Shown here: one piece after another, positions 58,828 through 64,000 of the stretch
How positions within the stretch are numbered: position 1 is the stretch's first letter
How the letters are laid out: each line of letters opens with the position of its first letter
From: a virus
Direction: 5' to 3' (one strand)
DNA length: 64,000 bases
Virus record (IMG/VR): IMGVR_UViG_3300042673_002246
Notes under the pieces: model-generated
What the model was told of the DNA's origin: nothing
Database searches by the model: none
What the model saw: the letters and a program-made list of their open reading frames with translations, nothing else
Made by a program: the position numbers and the translations under genes

Positions 58828-59450
58828 CAACAATAATCGGCATTCAGGGAGATGGGTTCTGTATAGCGACCGCTGATTCGCGTATCGCTGAGACCGATGC
58901 CGAGTCAAATTTGATTTCGCAAATTGTCGGTCTAAAAGAGAACAACAGCAAATTAGGGATTAACGGTAAGTACATACTCGGCGCTGCCGGCGACCTGCGG
59001 GCAATAAATATCCTGCATCATGCATTCAGCCCACCAACTCCGCCCCCAAATCTCAAAGGCAAGAAGCTTGACCATTTTGTTACAGTTAAATTTATCCCAA
59101 GCTTGAGAGAATGCTTCGAAGCACAGGGATATGCCTCACCCGACAACGATTCAAAACAACATATCGCCGAACACGCTTCAACGATATTCATGGCTGTCAA
59201 TGGACAGATTTACATCATTGACGGTGACTACTCATGGATTTCAGACTCCAGTGGGATGTTTGCCATCGGAAGCGGCGCTCAGTACGCACTCGGAGCGATG
59301 TTCGCCATGCAACCGAAAGGCAAGATGACTGTTGGTGCAGCGCGAAAGCTTGCACTAAAAGCAATCGCCGCATCTGCCAAGTTCGACCCCTATACCGGTG
59401 CTCCGTACCATACGTTTTCACAGGGATTAGATAAAACCACTGACCGCTAG
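58824..59450 (+). CDS. Proteasome beta/HslV-like Ntn peptidase
   Basis: (M)TTIIG...ADSR...K...AIGSGAQYALG...D.YTG. Confidence 0.8.
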   Translation: MTTIIGIQGDGFCIATADSRIAETDAESNLISQIVGLKENNSKLGINGKYILGAAGDLRAINILHHAFSPPTPPPNLKGKKLDHFVTVKFIPSLRECFEAQGYASPDNDSKQHIAEHASTIFMAVNGQIYIIDGDYSWISDSSGMFAIGSGAQYALGAMFAMQPKGKMTVGAARKLALKAIAASAKFDPYTGAPYHTFSQGLDKTTDR

Positions 59451-59600
59451 TTACTTCTGGATAAATTTATCCTGACTCAGATGACTAGATAAGTCCATTT
59501 AGGACAAGAAAGAAAGCGCCGCTTTTTCCTTTCACGGATTACAAAGGCCGCGTAATCCCCTAGGACCGCATAACGCAATCCGTTATGCCTAGAGACTAGA

Positions 59601-59668
59601 TAGGGGTAAGGCAGAGCAATGGGGTGCCAGTAGGGGCAAGGCATAGTTGCAGGGGGGGTAAGGCATAG
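59601..59668 (+). repeat. Three direct repeats GGGGYAAGGCAKAG upstream of whiB
   Basis: taggggtaaggcagag (59601), taggggcaaggcatag (59631), gggggtaaggcatag (59654). Confidence 0.75.
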
Positions 59669-59771
59669 TACGAACCAAAACCAACATCCACTTGACCACC
59701 ACCTACCAGCAATTACCTAGTAGTAATTATCCAAAGAGATAAGAAATTCATCTTTTCTCTGAGGAGATTTT

Positions 59772-60122
59772 GTGACAAGCAAGAAAGAAATATCCAAACA
59801 AAAATTACCCAATAAAAATACCCAACCATTTTCAGAGATAGCTATACCTGCGAAAGATTGGTTTCAACTGGCAGCCTGTAGGGGAAAGACCGAACTAATG
59901 TTTCCCAAACAACATAAGGATATTACTTACATTGCACAGGCAAGAACCATCTGTAGGGCGTGCCCGGTTCGAGACAAGTGTTTAGAGTACGCACTTGAGT
60001 TTCCACCTGCTGATATGCACGGTGTTTGGGCAGGACTAACGAGCAGACAGCTTGCAGCAGAACAGAGAAGAAGAAAGATAAAGCCAACACGGCCAACGCT
60101 TGCACAGATGTGGGGAAATTAA
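59772..60122 (+). CDS. whiB: WhiB-family Fe-S transcription factor
   Basis: AAC...ICRACPVRDKC...HGVWAG plus basic tail; GAGGAG RBS. Confidence 0.92.
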   Translation: MTSKKEISKQKLPNKNTQPFSEIAIPAKDWFQLAACRGKTELMFPKQHKDITYIAQARTICRACPVRDKCLEYALEFPPADMHGVWAGLTSRQLAAEQRRRKIKPTRPTLAQMWGN

Positions 60123-60124
60123 AT

Positions 60125-60230
60125 GTCCACCCGGGCACCTCACTTGAGGAGGGGTCATGCACCCGACGCAAGGAGTCGTCGGTAGACGATGGCATAACCA
60201 CCAAGCGAGTTAATTCCGGCCCGAGTGGAC
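60125..60230 (-). ncRNA. Candidate structured small RNA (about 106 nt)
   Basis: 12-bp closing stem and three internal hairpins; TGCTAGGTT element 6 nt upstream. Confidence 0.5.
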
Positions 60231-60341
60231 GAGAGTAACCTAGCACAGCAGATGGCCGGCATCTAATAAAAGGCGAAAAAAGACCAAAAATCCTGCGCCG
60301 GCGGTCCTAAAAATTTTTTTTCGAAATTTTGTAATTACAAA

Positions 60342-60686
60342 TTACATAATGCGCAAGTTGCAAGTCTCACAAAATTGCCACTCATTTAATTGGGTAATTT
60401 TTTGCAGGCAATCTTTTTTGCCGCACGGCTTTAGTAATTGTTCCCCGCGCACGTACGCCAACACTTGCTCTTCCACTGTTGGTATTGAGAATTGCGCAGA
60501 GCCAGGAGCAGGGAATCCCTTTTGGTTGCGTACGAATTCATAGAGTGCATAGATGCACAATTGATTTACAGATATTCCCTGTTTAGTTGCGTACTCAACT
60601 ATCTCGTTTTTCACCCGGCCTTTTAGTCGGATGTTCAGCGTTACATAGCTGTCGAGATGTTTAGTCTTTTTGCTTTTAGCGCCCAT
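60342..60686 (-). CDS. Ribbon-helix-helix plus Zn-ribbon protein
   Basis: VTLNIRL...GISVNQLC; C-terminal C..C / CxxC. Confidence 0.7.
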   Translation of the reverse strand: MGAKSKKTKHLDSYVTLNIRLKGRVKNEIVEYATKQGISVNQLCIYALYEFVRNQKGFPAPGSAQFSIPTVEEQVLAYVRGEQLLKPCGKKDCLQKITQLNEWQFCETCNLRIM

Positions 60687-60843
60687 CTCGCTCGACCAAC
60701 GACTCTATGTACGCAGTCAAGCTCAAGTCGACGGCGCCGGCCTGATGCATGAGTTTTTCTTTAAATTCTTTTGTGACGCGCAATGTCAGCGTCACTACTG
60801 GCTTCGTTGGTATAAGAGCTGGTCTGCCTGGGTTTCTCTTCAC
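60676..60843 (-). CDS. Ribbon-helix-helix protein, 55 aa (not in ORF track)
   Basis: Manually translated: MKRNPGRPALIPTKPVVTLTLRVTKEFKEKLMHQAGAVDLSLTAYIESLVERDGR. Confidence 0.75.
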   Translation of the reverse strand: MKRNPGRPALIPTKPVVTLTLRVTKEFKEKLMHQAGAVDLSLTAYIESLVERDGR

Positions 60844-60990
60844 AAACCAGAAGCTAGCCCAGGACGACAGACCTCATTGCAACTACTAGCGAGACAACAA
60901 TAAATATCTTCAGCAGGAAAGCAATCCTGGAATACATTACAGCATAAATAAAAAGACTAGAAAAAAATAGGTAAATTATTGTTGGGGTAT

Positions 60991-61473
60991 TCATTTACTA
61001 CTATCCAATTCAGGAACTGAGTACCGGTCCATATCTAGTTCATTGACGATTCGTTCATATGTACGACAGAATGCTTCTCTGTCTGAATTGGTGTGCATTC
61101 CCCAGGCAGCGTCTCCCAGTGCCCTTACTGTAGAGCGGAGGGCGTCTGACATCTCAACTGGGTTACCTACACCAGAATTGACGTTAGAAATTACGGTAAG
61201 GAATTTACCCCAAGCAACAAGGGGGTCATCGAATGAGGTCATTTTTGTACGCCTATTTATTGTGGCACGGCGTATCTCGCCAGGCCTGGGCATGAACTGG
61301 GCACTGACCGCAATCTGGAGGAAAGCCTTCTTTGTCTCGTCGTACTCCAGGTCATGGAGTAAATCGTGCCAGGACGAATACAGGGTCATTAGTCTGTCTT
61401 CTGCCGAGGGGAGTGTTTGGTTGTAGGTGGCATAGGCCTGCTCTACCAATTGAACTAATTCGGTTTTAGTCAC
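60991..61473 (-). CDS. Replicative helicase loader/inhibitor-like protein (SPP1 G39P-like)
   Basis: WHDLLHDLEY...FMPRPGEIRR; follows a replication-initiator-like gene. Confidence 0.6.
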   Translation of the reverse strand: MTKTELVQLVEQAYATYNQTLPSAEDRLMTLYSSWHDLLHDLEYDETKKAFLQIAVSAQFMPRPGEIRRATINRRTKMTSFDDPLVAWGKFLTVISNVNSGVGNPVEMSDALRSTVRALGDAAWGMHTNSDREAFCRTYERIVNELDMDRYSVPELDSSK

Positions 61474-61565
61474 TCGTCATCCTCTTCTTCATTGCAGCGT
61501 AGGGGTCGGGTAATCCTATCCATCTCACAGTCGCATGGGGGTTTGCTCTTGCCGGCAATAATCAT
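61470..61565 (-). CDS. 31-aa microprotein
   Basis: MIIAGKSKPPCDCEMDRITRPLRCNEEEDDE; ATGA overlap upstream and GTGA overlap downstream. Confidence 0.55.
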   Translation of the reverse strand: MIIAGKSKPPCDCEMDRITRPLRCNEEEDDE

Positions 61566-61960
61566 TTATCCCCACTTATCCATTTATCTCGAGCTGTGTT
61601 GCCTGTCTTTTCTTCCAGCTTCCTTAGGAACATCTCGACGTGCTGTGCATCAATGAAGATGTTATGGATGTCGTTGTACTTCTTCCCGTTGGGGTTCTTG
61701 CCCATATGCCAATCAGAGACAAGGCATCCGTCTATAGCGTCCTTGCAGGACTTGATTCCGTAGTTCTTGATAGCCCATCCAATTCTTGCCGCGCGTTTGG
61801 CGTCCAGGACTGCAGCTCTTTTGGAATGGCGTTCTTTCCAATAGTCGAAAACTATTTTCTTTGCATCTTCAGAAATTGTTTCCGCCGCCGTGCGTTGGTC
61901 TTTGGTGTGCTGATTCGGACCGCGCTTCTTCTTCTCTCTGGGGAAGAGCTCATCAACCAT
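61562..61960 (-). CDS. Phage replication initiator C-terminal-domain-like protein
   Basis: VFDYWKE...AIDGC...WHMGKN..GKKYNDI..IF. Confidence 0.55.
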   Translation of the reverse strand: MVDELFPREKKKRGPNQHTKDQRTAAETISEDAKKIVFDYWKERHSKRAAVLDAKRAARIGWAIKNYGIKSCKDAIDGCLVSDWHMGKNPNGKKYNDIHNIFIDAQHVEMFLRKLEEKTGNTARDKWISGDK

Positions 61961-61966
61961 AGACAC

Positions 61967-61995
61967 ATCCTATCGTTGCTTTCCGCCACCGTCAA
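61967..61995 (-). promoter_or_regulatory. Sigma70/SigA-type promoter, leaderless transcript
   Basis: TTGACG-N17-TAGGAT, then 6 nt, then ATG 61960. Confidence 0.65.
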
Positions 61996-62149
61996 TACTT
62001 ATCGACACAGAAATGGTACAAACAGGAAAAAAAATTTTGCTTAATTTTCAATTGAGTAAAACTAAATTTCGTAAATGAAAACACTCTAAAGATTGGATTA
62101 ATCCAAAACTATTCTTACTTTCAACCAAGGAATAAATCCTTGAATGAAT

Positions 62150-62175
62150 AAAGAAGAACCCCTCCTTTGGAGGGG
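62150..62175 (-). terminator. Rho-independent terminator
   Basis: 7-bp GC-rich stem followed by a U-rich tract on the minus strand. Confidence 0.6.
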
Positions 62176-62314
62176 GTGTGGGGGAACCTTTGAAATTTTG
62201 CCAACTTTCGTGGGGGCGTGGCCGGCTAAGCCTTTTGTTTCCAAAAGGTTTTCAGGGCATGTAGGTTTTCCCACGTAATGTGTCGACACGTTGGACCGAC
62301 CTATTGGTCGATGG
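62150..62314 (-). ncRNA. Candidate small RNA (about 165 nt) with promoter and intrinsic terminator
   Basis: Promoter at 62321-62349; hairpins including CCTTTTG-GAAA-CAAAAGG; terminator CCCCTCC-AAA-GGAGGGG-TTCTTCTTT. Confidence 0.55.
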
Positions 62315-62320
62315 CGGTTC

Positions 62321-62349
62321 AAGCTAGCAGAGTCTTCCACCACCGTCAA
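62321..62349 (-). promoter_or_regulatory. Sigma70/SigA-type promoter with extended -10
   Basis: TTGACG-N17-TAGCTT preceded by TG; shares TTGACGGTGGYGGAA with the promoter at 61967-61995. Confidence 0.65.
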
Positions 62350-62443
62350 CCACCCAGGGCAAATTCTTTTCAGAATCTTTTCAGTTTTTTTATTTCTTGA
62401 AATATTTACATGGAGTCTTTAAAAATCGTGCTATGTTAGCGGG

Positions 62444-62546
62444 GCTCCTTCCGGAGTTACCCCCTTTCACCGGAATGGAGTTAACCCCAGGGTTGAGTCT
62501 TTCTGTTTTCTGGTAGGTGGTGACGGAAGTTGACTCCCCTGGGGTT
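62444..62546 (+). ncRNA. Candidate two-hairpin small RNA (about 103 nt)
   Basis: TGCTATGTT (62429-62437) plus 6 nt; two long stems whose G-U pairs favour the + strand. Confidence 0.5.
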
Positions 62547-62572
62547 TCCTTTAACCCGGAGAGCTCGAGCGG

Positions 62573-63022
62573 CTATTCGTCAGATTCTGGCTTTTTCCAC
62601 ATCCCTGAGTTAGGTCCGCCTAACTCTCTGTCCTGGAATGACCAACCAATCAATCCCCATGGGCCTGGCTTCTTTTTGCGTTTGGCCATCTTTTCTTCGA
62701 GAATGTGGGTAATGTCGATATCGAAGTCTGTCCTTCGATTATTGGTCGGGTGGTTCCATCGAGACTTCATCTGTTCGTACGCAATCTTTTGGGAAAGCTC
62801 ATGCAGCTCCATGCCATCGGGCGTCTTATTTCTTTCTTTTTCTAGCCTCCACGAGTCGAGCTCAGTGATGAGAGTTTTGGCCGCCTGGTCCAGCATCGCG
62901 TTCATTTTTTCCTCAGCTTCGTAATAGCGCTTTATGTCCCTTCGTCGCCGAAGCGTGCGCGAATCAAAAAACCACAAAATTGCAAAAACCAGATGCAGGC
63001 CCAGAGATACGTAAACGTTCAT
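62573..63022 (-). CDS. Hypothetical membrane-anchored protein
   Basis: N-terminal hydrophobic helix followed by a coiled coil. Confidence 0.6.
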   Translation of the reverse strand: MNVYVSLGLHLVFAILWFFDSRTLRRRRDIKRYYEAEEKMNAMLDQAAKTLITELDSWRLEKERNKTPDGMELHELSQKIAYEQMKSRWNHPTNNRRTDFDIDITHILEEKMAKRKKKPGPWGLIGWSFQDRELGGPNSGMWKKPESDE

Positions 63023-63204
63023 GAATTTTCCTCATTTTCTTCTTTTTCTTCAGCCGGCAGCCGGCCGCCAGATTCTTTTAAAATCTTATCTTTTTTGATT
63101 TCGCCCTCGAGCCACAACGCGTCCGCCTCGAGCTCAGCTTTCATTTCGATGATGTCTTCGCATTCGATGTCAGACATTCCAGAAAAGTTAAATTTTCCCA
63201 TCAT
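63019..63204 (-). CDS. Hypothetical protein
   Basis: 61-aa acidic ORF, overlaps both neighbours. Confidence 0.5.
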   Translation of the reverse strand: MMGKFNFSGMSDIECEDIIEMKAELEADALWLEGEIKKDKILKESGGRLPAEEKEENEENS

Positions 63205-63418
63205 CCCCCCAGTGCCAGGCGCTCCCGATTACGGCCAAAGTATTTTGATTAATAATATCCCCGCAGCGGTAACACACGTACGACTCTTCGTCCCAGCCGC
63301 TGCCGATTTCTGGTTCTAACATTTCGCCTTTTTCGTTACATGGATAAAAGCCGTCGGCCCCTGGATTGTTCCCACAATCACAGACCCACCAATCAATGGC
63401 TGCTTCTTTTATCGCCAT
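63188..63418 (-). CDS. Small Cys-containing hypothetical protein
   Basis: MAIKEAAIDWWVCDCGN...CYRCG; TAATG coupling and GGAGG RBS. Confidence 0.65.
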   Translation of the reverse strand: MAIKEAAIDWWVCDCGNNPGADGFYPCNEKGEMLEPEIGSGWDEESYVCYRCGDIINQNTLAVIGSAWHWGDDGKI

Positions 63419-63828
63419 TATGCATCCTCCTTGGGTACATATTTGTTTTTCTTTTTTTCGTATAAATACTCGGTCATTGTCAGCTTTGCGATGAGTCCCC
63501 AGTCGCCATCTTTTAGTACATTTTTCAATGCGCGCATGAGGCCTGCTTTCCATTTGGACCGCTGCCCACCATTTAGATAACGAGATAGTAATCTTCCTGA
63601 AGACATTTCTGGATAGAGAACATTGCGCCAGTTGAGTGGGCACTCTTTAAAATTTGATGATTTAAGCATGTGTCCAACGCGCTTTTCCAGGCAGCCAATG
63701 CAAAGCATCCCGCCGCGCTTATGCATGCCAGCTCGTTTCCAGATGGCGTCCGTAGACATGTAGTACTCATTAATTTCAACTGTGTCTACACCGCAGTCAA
63801 CACAGAGCGCACCTTTATCGGTTGGCAT
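63418..63828 (-). CDS. Zn-finger-like hypothetical protein
   Basis: CVDCG...LCIGCLEKR. Confidence 0.65.
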   Translation of the reverse strand: MPTDKGALCVDCGVDTVEINEYYMSTDAIWKRAGMHKRGGMLCIGCLEKRVGHMLKSSNFKECPLNWRNVLYPEMSSGRLLSRYLNGGQRSKWKAGLMRALKNVLKDGDWGLIAKLTMTEYLYEKKKNKYVPKEDA

Positions 63829-64000
63829 AGTACTCCCGCTCTGCGTCGGAGTCTTTTCGGTAGTACTCGTACATAGCTCTGGTTGAATCGTGTTCGCCCC
63901 AGTTCTCGTACTCGATTCGAGACCGTTCCTGTCTGTCTCGTTTCTTGTTAGCGCGACGCTTGCCAGCTGAGTAGATAATTGCTGCGCGTATCAGGCCCAT
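63815..64000 (-). CDS. Hypothetical protein
   Basis: 61-aa ORF at the window edge; may extend upstream. Confidence 0.45.
   Translation of the reverse strand: MGLIRAAIIYSAGKRRANKKRDRQERSRIEYENWGEHDSTRAMYEYYRKDSDAEREYYANR

Noticed and set aside
59601-59668. CRISPR mini-array
   Set aside because: Repeats of about 14 bp with short uneven spacers and no cas genes.
60125-60230. tRNA gene
   Set aside because: Cloverleaf-like, but lacks TTC in a T-loop, has wrong arm lengths and no CCA.
60854-60937. 27-aa hydrophobic ORF (MYSRIAFLLKIFIVVSLVVAMRSVVLG), possible type I toxin
   Set aside because: No RBS or coupling; the AT-rich region may simply be the RHH promoter, so support is insufficient.
62098-62349. 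83-aa ORF
   Set aside because: Its TTG start is the -35 box of a promoter, and the region is better explained as a structured RNA plus terminator.

Overview
This is a 64-kb segment of a large tailed dsDNA phage with a contractile tail, most likely infecting an actinobacterium (it carries a whiB gene, candidate leaderless promoters and an r1t-like holin). (1) 1-16.3 kb (+): tail tube end, tail chaperone with a candidate -1 frameshift, tape measure protein with a C-terminal M15-type peptidase, baseplate genes and the first fibre cassette. (2) 16.3-47.9 kb (-): an oppositely oriented block of fibre/virion genes interleaved with many modifying enzymes. The window holds 13 2OG-Fe(II) oxygenases, two glutathione-peroxidase-like proteins, a sulfotransferase, methyltransferases, a GNAT and a DUF6065-like protein. 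(3) 48-55.6 kb (+): glycosyltransferase/PhyH/methyltransferase, a giant membrane-anchored surface protein and the lysis genes. (4) 55.7-64 kb: regulatory and replication genes plus intergenic structured-RNA candidates. Best candidate for a new system: a cassette repeated three times. Each copy is a fibre ending in a shared 'W-x-x-x-G-[DN]' domain, then a coupled tip protein carrying a (PPFF/PPYF)n, SPPP or Cys-rich segment, then prolyl-4-hydroxylase-like enzymes. Two copies also carry a small CxxC/CxxCGC protein. This suggests phage-encoded oxidative post-translational maturation of virion fibres. Second highlight: three promoter-preceded, hairpin-rich small RNA candidates at 60.1-62.5 kb. All family assignments come from reading motifs by eye, not from database searches.
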